From assembly GCF_006345805.1 (NCBI RefSeq), contig NC_043010.1:49352001-49416000 (forward strand): a stretch of 64,000 nt of DNA. The letters are read 5' to 3'. Both the position numbers and the translations under genes were made by a program. Numbering within the stretch: the stretch's first letter is position 1; the number at the start of each line of letters is the position of its first letter. The stretch is from Octopus sinensis. Taxonomy: Eukaryota. Under the pieces are notes generated by a model, which saw only the letters and a program-made list of their open reading frames with translations, was not told where the DNA came from and made no database searches. Shown piece by piece: positions 1 to 14,504 of the stretch.

Positions 1-299
1 ATGTTAGTTCATCCTGTCAAATTTGCCAATCTAGAAGGCACATACTATTGTACTGTCAATGACCTAGATCGAATTTAACACAGCTTTATATCGAGATACC
101 TATAGTAAAGCTTTCTCTTTCGGCCACTAACGGTCTGTTTACTCCTATCATCATGGAAGTCAGAGAAATAGCTTACACACACACACTCATACAGACATGT
201 ACGCACGCACACACGCACACATATACGCCCCACCATACAGACATGCAATACATTTTGCACGAGTTTTACATCAACTTAGAGACAGCTTACTGCGAGATA

Positions 300-799
300 C
301 CGTAAATCCTCGAGTATAGTCCGCCCTTGAGCAGGGGATTTTTTCTGAAAAACCTAAACCTTGTGTATAATACGCACCCCTTCTCTAACTTGAGTCGTTT
401 GTAATTAAGCCAGCAGCACCTAGTCGAACAAACACTTCCGCGGATGCGTAATACAATAATGGTGATGTTCTTAACTGTTATATGGGAATGTAAATATGTT
501 TGCAAATTGATTTTGTTACATGTTATTCTGTGTTCCGAATACTTTTATTTTAATAAATGTTGCTTACTGCAAGTTTTGGATGATTCTTTTATGACTTCAT
601 TGCTTTCAGGTTTAGCTTAAGCTATTTTCGTGCCCGACATCACAAAATGTGTCTGAATAAACATTGCCGGACAGCAAATAGAGACTTGGACATTGCTTAG
701 AAAATAATTTTCATTTTTAACCTCGTATATAGTACGCACTAGGGATTTTGACCTTTAAATTTTGGGAAAAAAGTGCGGATTATACTCGAGGATTTACGG
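300..799. mobile_element. Non-autonomous Tc1/mariner-superfamily (pogo-like) TIR element, ~500 bp
   Basis: TIR CCGTAAATCCTCGAGTATAGTCCGC at 300-324 and GCGGATTATACTCGAGGATTTACGG ending at 799. TA lies on the left (298-299) and CA on the right (mutated TSD). The same right TIR recurs at 36686-36709. Confidence 0.85.
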
Positions 800-1193
800 C
801 ACTCTTTCAAAACTAATTAACATTCATATTTACTTCCAGTTCGTAGCATTTGTGAAAAACTTCGTAACGGTTCAATAAAGTCAATAAAGTTTATAAATCA
901 TCTTGTGTCAATTTCTTTCAGTTCATCATAAAATGATTAACTATTCAACATGAAGCCTATCTCAACTTTTTATCAAGCATCCTACAGTTATACAGTTTAC
1001 AAATGCTAACCTCAACATACTACACCTAACCGTTACAATTGGTAACCCCGATTGCCTAACTGTTATACAACCAACGTAAGCAGGCTTAATCGTCTGAAAT
1101 ATAATCAAGTTTCATTTCATTATTTTGTATTTTCAAAACAAAAGAGGACACAGAAAAAACTTTACAATTTCATATTGTGTTAAAGGGAAAGAC

Positions 1194-1384
1194 GGGGCAA
1201 AACGAATCCCCTATGGGAGAAGTTCGATATTTCCGTCAAAAATGCAAACATCTTAATGTAAATTGCTATGTGCATAGTGAATAGCCATTCACATGTTTCT
1301 GTGTAGTATGACTAATTGGAAAAAAAAATCTTGCATAGATATGTGCGAAAGAAATTTTTTATCAGACATGGTCCGTTTTGCCCC
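1194..1384. mobile_element. Possible MITE or transposon subterminal inverted repeat
   Basis: Perfect 11-bp inverted pair GGGGCAAAACG (1194-1204) / CGTTTTGCCCC (1374-1384). Confidence 0.4.
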
Positions 1385-1436
1385 ATAAGAATGTTTATTA
1401 CATTTTTCCGTATTCATGTACATAGTTGTGTGTATT

Positions 1437-1816
1437 AGGCGCAATGGTCCAGTGGTTAGGGCAGCGGACTCGCGGTCGTAGGATCGCGGTTTCGATTCCC
1501 AGACCGGGCGTTGTGAGTGTTTATTGAGCGAAAACACCTAAAGCTCTACGAGGCTCCGGCAGGGATGGTGGTGATCCCTGCTGTACTCTTTCATCACAAC
1601 TTTCTCTCACTCTTACTTCCTGTTTCTGTTGTACCTGTATTTCAAAGGGCCGGCCTTGTCACTCTCTGTGTCACGCTGAATATCCCCGAGAACTGCGTTA
1701 AGGGTACACGTGTCTGTGGAGTGCTCAGCCACTTACACGTTAATTTCACGAGCAGGCTGTTCCGTTGATCGGATCAACCGGAACCCTCGTCGTCGTAACC
1801 GACGGAGTGCTTCCAT
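1437..1816 (+). mobile_element. tRNA-derived SINE, family B (tail type 1)
   Basis: tRNA-like head with A box TGGTCCAGTGG and B-box-like GGTTTCGATTCC. Head and body are shared with the copies at 9686-9979 and 23857-24160. Confidence 0.85.
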
Positions 1817-2014
1817 GTGTGTATTATACTGGAATACATCTTTTATTTATAAAACAACTGAAAATTACATAAATGAAAGTAAAGTATGGTCATGAGAAAT
1901 ACTGTTTCCTGCTCTCAATTTGCAGATGCATCTCACCACGGAAGGTTCGTGTTTTGTTATTTTTCTAAAGAAACAGATATAGTGCTCAATGTGACTGGTC
2001 AGCAAGGTAGCTGA

Positions 2015-2224
2015 TTAGGGGACACAAGGTTCACAAATGAATGTAACGTCATCAATTTCAACCCCAGCACATTTTTCATGTGCCCATTCCCTGCACAGCT
2101 GGCATTCAATCCAATTTTTTGTAGGGAGTTCTTCACAGAAAATGCAATGGAACTCCTTGTCTGTTGTTTTTGATGTACAGGCTGGGGTCTTCAGCACACT
2201 TCCATGGGTCTTGGGTTTGCGACC

Positions 2225-2225
<1 letters not shown>
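2015..2225 (-). pseudogene. PHD-finger-like C-terminus, probably of a decayed pogo/Tigger-type transposase
   Basis: Translation HCIFCEELPTKNWIECQLCREWAHEKCAGVEIDDVTFICEPCVP* fits the C4HC3 PHD pattern. The upstream part is broken by microsatellites. Confidence 0.6.
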
Positions 2226-4400
<2,175 letters not shown>

Positions 4401-5372
4401 TCTAGTTTTAAGTTGTTATCAATGAAAATTGATAAAAGAAAATTTACAAAACTGAAACATAAACACTGATAATTAGATAACTTATAAACATTACTATCTC
4501 TTTATCTTACACCACATTCTATCTTCTGGTCTGCCTTTCTTTATCCTGAGTCAGTTCATATGCACCCATTGCAGGCAGGAATTCTTGATATGTTTCCAAA
4601 AATGTTGCACCACACCCCCACCCACCCACACACACATGGGCACGCGCATGTACATACATAGATAGAACAATGAAAAATGTGGTTGCCGTTGTTGGATCTT
4701 TACTTTTTGGCTGCCGCTTTTCAGTTTCTTCAATGTTTGTTCCAGTTGATATCATATTTGGTGTTTTGGTGTAGTTCTGTATGGTAATCATTGATATGAA
4801 ATTCATTTTCGCCATAAATCAATAAAGAGTTAGTAGCTTTTAAATGTCGCAAATTTTGGATAATTTTAGTCAATCGAAAGCCATAGACATAGAGGTGCCT
4901 GTTTCCATAATAACAAACCAAGCAGTTACCAAGCTGCTTATCCTCTGTTGTGGTCCTGTCAAGCCACATGGTCGTTTTAAACTGCTTAAATGCTTAAAAC
5001 ACGAGGTATGTGTTAGTCATGTGATGTGTTAAAAATAACAGCTAAATAGGCCTTAAATCATGCACCAAAAGAATTTAAATTTCGATGTTAGCATAATCGT
5101 ATAAATTCCCGTGTGTAGAACACAATTTCGCAAAAGAATTTGTAGAATGCAAATTCCAAAAAGTAAAAGTTATCAGGGGTTATATGGTATGCACAAATCA
5201 GAATTCCGCTAGTATTTCATTTGTTAAGAGTTCCCAATCTTGTTTTCTGACTGGGTAAAGATGATGTAACTCTTACTTTCAAAATTCTGGAAAAAGTGAA
5301 ATTACCCCTGAAATAGCCCCTGGAAAATTACATCGATGCATCAAATTTAAAAATTTTCTTTATTCCACAGGT

Positions 5373-5745
5373 AGGCGTAGGAGTGGCTGTGTGGTAAGTA
5401 GCTTGTTTACCAACCACATGGTTCCGGGTTCGTCCCACTGCGTGGCACCTTGGGCAAGTGTCTTCTACTATGGCCTCGAGCCGACCAAAGCCTTGTGAGT
5501 GGATTTGGTAGACGGAAACTGAAAGAAGCCTGTCGTATATATGTATATGTGTGTGTGTGTGTGTATGTTTGTGTGTCTGTGTTTGTCCCCCCAACATCGC
5601 TTGACAACCGATGCTGGTGTGTTTACGTCCCTGTAACTTAGCGGTTCGGCAAAAGAGACCGATAGAATAAGTACTAGGCTTACAAAGAATAAGTCCCGGT
5701 GCTCTAGCATGGCCTCAGTCGAATGACTGAAACAAGTAAAAGAGG
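5373..5745 (+). mobile_element. tRNA-derived SINE, family A (CORE-like, with internal TA/TG microsatellite)
   Basis: Head AGGCGTAGGAGTGGCTGTGTGGTAAG...GGTTCGTCCC, CORE-like CTTGGGCAAGTGTCTT, tail GACTGAAACAAGTAAAAGAG. At least 7 near-complete copies occur in the window. Confidence 0.9.
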
Positions 5746-6470
5746 TGCAGGCAAACAGAACAGATCCCTGTTGTTTAGTCCCCAGATCAGCTTTAATCGA
5801 GCATATCTATGATACTATGCGTTCCAGTCGTGACCACCCCGTATTTTTTCTATATACAGGGAAGCCAACATCACGTTATCCAAAGTGTACTTTTCTAAGA
5901 CGGAAGAGTGAGATTTGAAAGAGATTTGGTTATTAATTCTAGCGGGCCCAGCAACTTAATAAATGCTCTTTTGTTGTTCTGACGGATCAACTGAGGACTT
6001 GCTCACCAGTTGATCGGTTGCTGATATTCACTACCAAGCACAATTACGACCTAGATTGAAGTTCATATATTTGGGGTGATGCTGCTATCGTATACGCAAA
6101 CATATTACACAACATCCACAAGAGGACTTGTCGACTTATTGGTAAGGATTCATTCAACAGTAAGCCACAACTACTTGCTCGCTACTCAATTTTCTCTGCC
6201 TCATTTATTTTTGCGAAAACTGGTTCTGTCCCTCTGAATCGTCTACCGACAAATTCCTTCTGAAACCACGCAACACGAGTCTTTCTGCGTTTCACACCCT
6301 CCAGATCCAGTATTAAATACAGTGGCGCGCAGAGGTTTGGTGATACCCAGGGTTAGCTCCTAGACTGTATGCCCCCCAAGACTTATGTATAGCGCCAACT
6401 ACTGAGAAATATAACAAAGGAAGATATCTTAAATGCATAAAAACAAATTAAATAAACTTTTATTTAAATT

Positions 6471-6860
6471 TCTCTATATATAAAGCTGAAGTTGTCTGTG
6501 TATGGCAGGTTTGGTAGCCTTCAACTAACACAATCTCCTCCAAGACCCTGCGGCGTAAGTTGACCAAAATTGAGAGTATGATAGAAGAAGGCTTGCTGCT
6601 TCTTCCGTAGAAGAAAAAATTAAAATCGTACCATGTTAACACCAAAAATTATTTACATCAAAAAGGTGCTTTTTTTCTATGAAAATCCCTATTTTTTACG
6701 ATTTTTTGACTGCTGTGTCACCATTTATCGGTGTATTTCAACCAGAAAAATGTTCACTTAAAGAGAGTAACAAGCTACATAAGACAACATTTTTACTTTT
6801 CAAAAATTCCAATTCTAAAAGGTCGAAACAAACCCGAGCAACGCCGGGCGATACGGCTAG
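6471..6860 (+). mobile_element. Non-autonomous Helitron-like element
   Basis: 5' TC(TC)TATATATAAAG, 3' GC-rich hairpin CCCGAGCAACGCCGGG followed by CTAG|T at 6857-6861, which are the canonical Helitron termini. Confidence 0.7.
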
Positions 6861-7222
6861 TTAAATATAAATTAGCTACATTAAGTAAGTTCGATACTAA
6901 ATGAGATCAGTTAGAAAACACTCATCCTACTTAATTTAAATTTTTTTTTTTGTGGTGACATTGAAAACTTCAGATATGTTTTTATTAATTTCGGCTTTGA
7001 AAATGCAACAGTAAGTAGTAACCTGTATGCGCTACATACCATGAGGAAGATCTCCCTTCTCAACTGCTGAAAAACTACCAGATCATTTTGCGGATCAGAG
7101 AAAACTGCATTCAGTCAATAATTTCATCACATAGCTCAATGACTGTCCCATCATTACCAGAATGATCTGCAAAATCTGAAAATAGCATTTTTAAAAATCT
7201 TTCTCTTGCTTTATAACTGAAT

Positions 7223-7560
7223 TCAAATTCTGAAGAAAGGAAAATCGATGTCTGAAGTCTCGATGGCGAACACTGCGGTCTTCCATTTCGATTTTAATCG
7301 GTTCACAGCCTCTACTGTTACTCTACTCATATTCATTTCTTGTTGTTGTGCCGTCAGTCCAATGACTCCTGTCGATTCTCCGGGCATTACGCTCCTTGTT
7401 TTACAGTTGGTGTCCCCCATTTTTCAAATATTCATTAGCTGAATGCATTGCTATGTAGATAATTTCTTCATTTTTCAAATCCAAGATTTGGATAAGTTCT
7501 TTCAGGCACAAGGAACTTCCAGGAACCCCATTTTCGAATCCTTCAAGCATTTTGAAACTC
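7223..7560 (-). pseudogene. Decayed PIF/Harbinger-like DDE transposase C-terminal fragment
   Basis: NGVPGS...MGDTNC...LTAQQQEMNMSRVTVEAVNRLKSKWK resembles the DDE_Tnp_4 pattern GwPGS..GD.gY..LT..q.fN..sraR..VE.afg.LK.rWr. Internal stops are present. Confidence 0.5.
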
Positions 7561-7870
7561 TCCATTAATGATAAAATTGGGTAGCAAAAACTTAATTTAA
7601 TAAAAAATTTAATAGGAATCGTTGAAAAGACTTCAGAAGTAATCCTTCATGAGAATGGGTATCCCTAAAAAATTCTTTTTCCTACAAGTCTGAAATAACA
7701 TTGTTGCATTCTTCGTAGATTGCTTTCACATCATCATCGTTGGAACTGTCACTTTTATCACACTGTCTTTTTACAGTCCGAGAGATAAGTGATTTTAACA
7801 TTTCTTAAAGAGGAGTAGATGAAGAAAAAAGGCAAACAGTTTTCCCAAAACTTAGAAGAATTTAATAAAC

Positions 7871-8284
7871 AGGCGCAGGAGTGGCTGTATGGTAAGTAGC
7901 TTGTTTACCAACCACATGATTCCGGGTTCAGTCCCACTGCTTGGCATCTTGGGCAAGTGTCTTCTGCTATAGCCCCGGGCCGACCAATGCCTTGTGAGTG
8001 GATTTGGTAGACGGAAACTGAAAGAAGCCTGTCGTATATATGTATATATATATATATGTATGTGTGTGTGTATGTGTGTCTGTGTTTGTTCCCCTAGCAT
8101 TGCTTGACCACCGATGCTGGTGTGTTTACGTCCCCGTTACTTAGCGGTTCGGCAAAAAGAGACCGATAGAATAAGTACTGGGCTTACAAAGAATAAGTCC
8201 CGGGGTCGAGTTGCTCGACTAAAGGCGGTGCTCCAGCATGGCCGCAGTCAAATGACTGAAACAAGTAAAAGAGTAAAAAAGAGT
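7871..8284 (+). mobile_element. SINE family A, full length
   Basis: Colinear with 5373-5745 and retains the complete 3' part (GGTGCTCCAGCATGGCCGCAGTC). Confidence 0.9.
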
Positions 8285-8399
8285 AGGTCGTGCCTCACTA
8301 AATGGACACAAGCTAAACTGAGGTTCTGGCCCTCGTAATTCACAAACACACCTTTTTGATTAACATCAAGAATTTGGGGGGACACTTCCCTTCACTCCA

Positions 8400-9330
8400 T
8401 TATCATATACTTGGTCGCGACATCATTGATAGAAATTTTGTTCCCCAATTTTACCAAAATTATATTTTCCAAGCTTTCTGCATCTTTTTTGTTGATTTGA
8501 AAACATCTCAGAAATATCTCCTTCTTTTGTTTCTATTTTTCTGTTTTCATCAATATCTATGTAACACGCAATTTCGGAAACTTGATCTTCATGGGTAAAA
8601 TCTGGGGTTGAAACTAGTATTATGCTAAAATATTTTGTATCCTTAATTTCAGAATATTTTTCTTGATGTTTTCACAAAAGAGATCGATTATTTCAGTCTG
8701 CCTTCTGCTAGACCAGTAGGTGACGTTTTTTTTTTTTTCTCTGTTTTTCTGTTCCTCCTTGCAAGTGTTCTACTAAGATTAGATTATACTTAGCTAAAAG
8801 TCTGATCGTTGCTAAAATGTTTCATTGTTTTGACATATTCTTTCTCGTCGACGCCCACGAAAAACCAAATTCTGTTCTGCCCGAAATTATGCAAAGACAT
8901 CAATTCATTCAGTTATAGCTTTCCATTTTCTTTTTTCATTTCATCAGAAATTTACTGTTGAAGTTCAGCATCTCTCGTAGTCAACCGTTAGAGTCGAACT
9001 ACGAATTTCGGGTATTCGCACATATAAACTCCATGAGAAGGGCTTGTCTCGTAGTCTGATATTCGCGAATTCGGTTTTCCCTAAGTGAAGAAATCTTTCC
9101 AGTATGGAGAGTATAACAACCTTTTCTTCTCCCAATTTTCCTGTTTGTAGAAACTTTCTCAAATCACCGCTTGGAAAGGGATCTCCCATCCTTCTTAGCA
9201 AACGGACAGCTTTTATTTTGATATCTTTCAGGGCCACATTGTACTATTGTCACTTTCAAGTTATCTGGAACCATTTTCTTCAATCAGCCAAAATTATTCC
9301 TTTGCAGAAACGTTCTAACATCTCCTTTAT
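8400..9330 (-). pseudogene. Decayed hAT transposase (ZMYM1-like / DUF4371 type)
   Basis: Frameshifted motifs in the expected order: GPERYQNKSCPF, RLLYSPYWKDFF, FRAEQNLVFRG, QTEIIDL..., EIKDTKYFSIILVSTPDFTHEDQVSEIACYID. Confidence 0.85.
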
Positions 9331-9685
9331 CATTTTCACTTGAAACATCATCTTGACAAGGAAACTGCGGAGATAAAGTATTATATTGCGATCCCATATC
9401 AGAAGAATCCTCCGCAACTCCCACGTCATCTTTTATTTCCCATTCTTCCTCGTTGCTTCTTTCTACTGAGGCAATTAATGCATTTCTTTACCAGGACTCT
9501 TCTTCGACTCTGGTTCTCTCCCCCCACCACCACGTCCCCTATTGTGCGCTCCATTTGGTTGTGCTTTCTTCGAATTCAGTTATTTATACGGCTAACAATG
9601 TGGGCAGTTGATATCCTCCTCAGAGTTAAAGAATATGAGAAACCATAGGCATAACCTATAATATTATGACATTATTCTCAACACA

Positions 9686-9979
9686 CGTTGGTTAGGGCAG
9701 CGGACTCGCGGTCGGAAGATCGCGGTCTCGATTCCCAAACCGGGCGTTGTGTGTGTTTATTGAGCGGAAACACCTAAAACTCCACGAGGCTCCGGCAGGG
9801 GGTGGTGGTGACCCCTGTTGTACTCTTTCGCCTCAACTTTCTCTCACTCTTTCTTCCTGTTTCTTGAGTAACGCTGCGATGGACTGGCGTCCCGTCCAGC
9901 TGGGGGGAACACATACGCCATAGAAACCGGGAAACCGGGTCCATGAGCCTGGCTAGGCTTGAAAAGGGCGCATAAAAAA
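9686..9979 (+). mobile_element. SINE family B (V-domain-like centre, tail type 2) with 12-bp TSD
   Basis: TSD ATTCTCAACACA at 9674-9685 and 9980-9991. Central GCTGCGATGGACTGGCGTCCCGTCCAG and an A-rich tail. Confidence 0.9.
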
Positions 9980-10056
9980 ATTCTCAACACATATGTAAGT
10001 ACATGCATTCATGCACACGTTACGTGGGTACTCCGGCCACTCAGCCTCTAAAGACA

Positions 10057-10295
10057 TGTTACAGTTATCTTTTCTGTATCTGTACAATTAACTTCAAATA
10101 TATGTTGTGCATATTCAGTTATTCCTTTCGTAAATACTCGGTTTTACTTATTTCCTGAACTAATTGTATTCGTTTGGTCGTTCGGCTGTTTGTGTGTATT
10201 TAGTGGCCTATGTTAGCATAGCCAACAAGTTGTGAGTTAACGTTAGTCTTTAGTATTACTATTTGTAACATTACAACTCATTGGTGTCGCAAGCA
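10057..10295 (+). mobile_element. Possible LTR remnant with PBS-like sequence
   Basis: TGTTAC (10057) ... GTAACA (10270) terminal inverted hexamers, then TGGTGTCG about 11 nt downstream, which is a longer gap than usual. Confidence 0.3.
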
Positions 10296-10699
10296 GACGG
10301 TCCGAATTTAAGAGAATTCTTCAGCGCTCACAGGTTCACCGCTATTTCACATTATCTTGATAAGCAATGTATGCAGTATTTACACGTAACAGGTTCTCTA
10401 CTCTGGTTTCGCTTACAAAAACACTAATCAACATTCATGCCGGCTTGTAAGACTATTTTTTTTTTGGCATGTGTGGAAAAATTTAATTTTCATCAAAAAT
10501 GACACAAACTATATTTTTTTCTTATGTTACATTTATGAATCCAATGAATACATTGAGTAAATTCACTGTTTTTAATTTTGTTTTCCCAAATAAGTTACTA
10601 GAAAATTATCTTAATCTCAAGATAGCGTGTGACGGACGGACAGAGAAACACAGCTCTTATTATAATATAGATGATACATATATTGATTTCAAATTTTGA

Positions 10700-10895
10700 C
10701 ACAAGGCCAGTAAGCTCGGATGAAGGATAACTCGAGTGCATTGACCCCAGTGCTCAACTGGTACTTATTTTATCGATCTCGAAAGTATGAGAGGCAAAGT
10801 CGACCTCGGTGGGTTTTTGTACCAAGAACGTAAAGACGGACGAAATACTGCTAATATTTTGCCCGGCGAGCGAACGATTCTGTCGGCTCGAACGC
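10700..10895 (-). mobile_element. SINE family D (Meta/MESC-like central domain)
   Basis: Reverse complement of CCGAGGTCGACTTTGCCTYTCAT...TCGATAAAATAAGTACCAG, shared with 14826-15060, 25580-25775 and 39020-39200. Confidence 0.8.
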
Positions 10896-11044
10896 CTTAG
10901 ATGATACATTAAATATTGTTTTCGACTTATCAATTTGTAGCTGTATTTATAGCCTTTCAGTCTTTTACAGTTTGCACATTTTGGATAAAATCTTATTGGG
11001 AATTAAAGAACCGGATGTACGTTGTTTTAAGATGTGAAAATTAT

Positions 11045-11220
11045 TTAATTCTTCTGATTTTTTCCCATAATCATCTGAGGAGTATTTCTTCTCAATGTAT
11101 GGTCGAAAAGTTTTTCGAGATATTCTTTCACGGTGCCTGCGTAGATCCCCATCGCCGCATGTAACCAAATAAAGGGCAACATGCGTTGGTGAACTGCTGT
11201 TCCCATCTTGATGCTGAACT
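11045..11220 (-). CDS. Candidate terminal coding exon, unknown protein
   Basis: Acceptor tttattttaccgacaAG, then a phase-1 frame FSIKMGTAVHQRMLPFIWLHAAMGIYAGTVKEYLEKLFDHTLRRNTPQMIMGKNQKN*. Unique non-repeat sequence; absent from the ORF track. Confidence 0.3.
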
Positions 11221-11859
11221 CTTGTCGGTAAAATAAACAAACTGTTATTTACCATAATCAAATTAATAGCTCCTAGAATAATGCTCTTGGGACATTTATT
11301 TTCAATTATTTTTATAAGTACGTCTAACCTTCTTCGATTGCTAGATCATGAAGGAAATGAGAGTAAAGATTTGTAACTTCAAAAGAAATTGGGACTGAGA
11401 TTATTCCAGTTTTTTTTTTCTTTTCATAAACAACTGAGCTATTATAGTGTATTCTATATAAAGTTATTGATTTGATATATGTAAAGTTTGTGAAGTTTTA
11501 TCTAAGAATTTTCGTATTATATAGCTTTCACACGTAAGTCCTGCAACAATGGTTCGCAGAATCAGTACTATAGATTTTTCGAATCTTGAGAATATAGAAG
11601 TACTTTTATTAGTGGGGGGAAAAAACGGGTAAAGAATTTCATTCATTCATTTTCTCCGCCCACTGTTCCTGGGAGGGTCATAGGGGGAGAGAGACTTCAG
11701 GCACCTCCTCCAAAGGGTCCTGTCAGAAATAATCGTCATTAAACTTCCTGGCTGGATTCCCAAGCATGATCAACTGAAATTATGGATATTATTCAATTAT
11801 TACAGTAATGCACTACCTCAAACATTCGATCCTCAGAAGAGGAGAGGTTGATTCAAATA

Positions 11860-12190
11860 AAAAAATAAAAAACAGAAGCCAAATTTTCTATCTTCAGTTC
11901 GATTTTCGTGCTTATCCTTACTTATGGCTATGAATGTTGAGCAATGGCCAAAATAATACGATCGCGAATGCGAGCAGCCAGAATGGGATTCCTCAGAAGG
12001 ACCTCTGGAATAACGTTACTCGACAGTGTGTAGCTCAGAGATCAGAGAATCACTACTTCTCTGCATTGAAGGATGACAGCAGCTCTGGCACTAGAAACAT
12101 GTGACTAGAATGTTGCTGGAAAGAATCGCAAAACGGATTCTTCAAGCTGGGCTAAACGGCGGGAGACTTAAGGATAAAGAATTCCCAAAC
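11860..12190 (+). pseudogene. RTE-clade LINE ORF 3' remnant
   Basis: IFSSIFVLILTYGYEC*AMAKIIRSRMRAARMGFLRRTSGITLLDSV...HVTRMLLERIAKRILQA matches the RTE post-RT motif (LTYG.E.W...MgFLRR.G). Confidence 0.85.
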
Positions 12191-12354
12191 AGGAAATATT
12201 TCCCTAATCGAGTAACTGAATAATTATGAGGCAATCCAACGATTTTGTACGTATATCATGATTTAAAAATCCCGTGAAGTTAGTTTATATGAATAGATTT
12301 TTAAGATTGTAACGGCAGAGATTGATTAGGTACACATTATTATGATGAAATGTT

Positions 12355-12539
12355 GGAGTCAGTAGTTGTGACGATAAAATTTTGTTGTTATGACGGCATA
12401 CTGTAGAATGTGAAAGATGGACAATGCATTAAGGAAATATTTATTTACCGTTACGTTACAATTGCCTTGCCTCGACGGGCAGGTTATGATAAATCCAAAA
12501 GCATGCGAAGTAAAGTTTGTGTTTGTGTCCTCTTCAGAT
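12355..12539 (+). repeat. Unclassified interspersed repeat, copy 1
   Basis: ~185 bp closely similar to 36042-36230 (shared GACGGGCAGGTTATGATAAATCCAAAAGCATGCGAAGT). Confidence 0.8.
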
Positions 12540-13419
12540 ATATTTAAAATGTCTTCGCCTTTCTCTCTGAGTTTTGAGTTTATTTCAAAAACTAACAAGT
12601 AAATATAAATGAGCTTTATATCAAATACAGCTCTTGACCTGTTTGCATATCTACGCGTAGGTTTACATGTATTATAACATACCTTGATACTGTGGACTGG
12701 GTTCGGCATTATTAAATAAAATTATTTTGTTATATTATTTTATAATATGCAGATTAGTGGCTCCAGTTCTCCGAAGCTACTGGATTTGATGCGTATATGA
12801 AGCGAACTGGCTACCGGTTTCTCTGGGTTTGGGCAAGTAATGTAGACCACTGATGAGTCCCCAATAAGGGTGGAAAATCCTTCGTCATTACCAAATAGAC
12901 AAATTTGATATGTGACATGTATGTAACTATCTATCTATCTTGGTCAGAATATTTCCGACAGGTGTTCAGTCAACCGAACAACCAGATCCAGAGAACGAGT
13001 GTGTAAGCGGCTGAGTATTCCTCAGACGCGTCTACTTTTAATGTAATTCTCAGGCTGAACCTTTGAATTATAGGTAAGATTCACCTGACGAGCTTCCATA
13101 CCGTTTCTGTCTACTCGAGTTCACTGTCATGGTATCGGTCAACTCAAGGCTATAGGAAATGACACTTGCCGAAGATGCTACGCATGCGAAATGGACTTCT
13201 TCACCATTCGGCTATATGGCGCATGTATGTATTTATGTATGTACGAGAGCGTGCGCGAGAGTGTGTGCACGCATGCGCGCGAGTATCACCGACATATATC
13301 GGCAGAGGATGTAAACATCGGCGATGAGAAAAACGGAAAATTGGTGCTTCTGCAACGAAGTCCCTTGCTACACTTGTTCTACGCCGAACTTCAGGCACTT
13401 CCTTGTCCTTCTCTCCTAC

Positions 13420-13490
13420 CAGAAAGTGAACCAGTAATTGTTCAGTTGCTGACTTGTTATCAACGACACTGTTGTTGATGAATTGCAATA
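13420..13490 (-). CDS. Candidate internal exon (phase 1 in) of a beta-sandwich/FN3-like protein gene
   Basis: Branch-like CTAAC plus tattatttatcttAG acceptor. Encodes (V)LQFINNSVVDNKSATEQLLVHFL. Donor ctg|GTAGGA, with an alternative phase-1 donor at 13290. Phase is compatible with the 14177 donor. Confidence 0.4.
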
Positions 13491-13580
13491 CTAAGATAAA
13501 TAATAGTTAGTTCGATAAAAGTATATCACATGCGTATATCATATGTGTAGCCCCTTGTGGGCAATAAAGAAATAAAAAAA

Positions 13581-13900
13581 AGCATGATATCGCTTCTGCA
13601 CCCGCCCTATTCGTCAGATTTAGCATCTGCGGACTTCCATCTCTTCTCCAAAATAAAAATGCAGCTCAAAGGTCACCGTTTTAACACCAGTGTCGCGATC
13701 CAGGGCGAATCGCAGAAAGTCCTCGACTCACTTACGGAAAACGGCTTCAAGGCCGGATTCCAAAAGTGGCAGGAACGCTGGGACCGGGGTATTGCTGCGC
13801 AAGGTGACTATTTCGAAGGAGATAATGCTAAAACTTAGGTAAATAAGTTTTTTTTTTTTTTATTAAACATATTAGCCCTGGAATTTTTTATACCATCTCG
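13581..13900 (+). mobile_element. Mariner 3' fragment: transposase C-terminus and right TIR
   Basis: HPPYSSDLASADFHLF...WQERWDRGIAAQGDYFEG matches the YSPDLAPxD motif. Stop at 13836-13838; ends ...CTCG|TA. Confidence 0.92.
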
Positions 13901-14176
13901 TAAGAGAAGGTAATTCCATACAAATCATGCAACCTGGTGCAATCTGGGTTCATGGCACATGTTGCATCAGGCCAATACAAGTTTGAAGAACAAGAGAGTG
14001 GGATTGAATCTCCACACACTGAGCCCACTATATTATTCATTATGCTGGTTGTTTAGCAAATCAAGACACCTACACCAACACCAACACCAATAACAACACC
14101 ACACCAACACACTTTCCAAGTTCATTAGCGATAGGGAAAGAGGCGACGGGGATAGAAAGAGGATACTACTACAAAC

Positions 14177-14353
14177 CTTCAGCTTTGACCTTGTACACTG
14201 ATGGCAATAGGGTGATGGTGATTTTACTTGCTGAACCCTCATTTGTCGAAGCCCAGAGAGCGTTGACCACACTACTGATTCTGTACGTGTCACCTAGTCG
14301 ACCAGGGTCCTGCATGTCACAGATTTGTGATATGTAGGTCCCCGTTATGTTAA
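14177..14353 (-). CDS. Candidate internal exon (phase 1-1), FN3-like
   Basis: (V)NITGTYISQICDMQDPGRLGDTYRISSVVNALWASTNEGSASKITITLLPSVYKVKAE, donor GAAG|GTTTGT. The acceptor is ambiguous (14353 or 14393). Confidence 0.45.
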
Positions 14354-14504
14354 CTATATGACTTGCCGAATGACAACTAGAATGCATTTCTTCCTGAATT
14401 TATAGTTGTTGTTTTGTCCCAGGTCACATCTGGTAGAGTAGACTTATGATCAAAGGTATTCAAATCATGACCATCCAGTCTTTTTAGGAGTGTGTAATGG
14501 GTAA

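Noticed and set aside
1437-1510. tRNA genes at SINE heads
   Set aside because: A/B boxes are present, but they run directly into SINE bodies and no complete cloverleaf is evident.
5373-5745. Recurrent ORFs 'MLGGQTQTHKH...RCHAVGLNPEPCGW'
   Set aside because: Incidental frames within SINE A copies, not a gene family.
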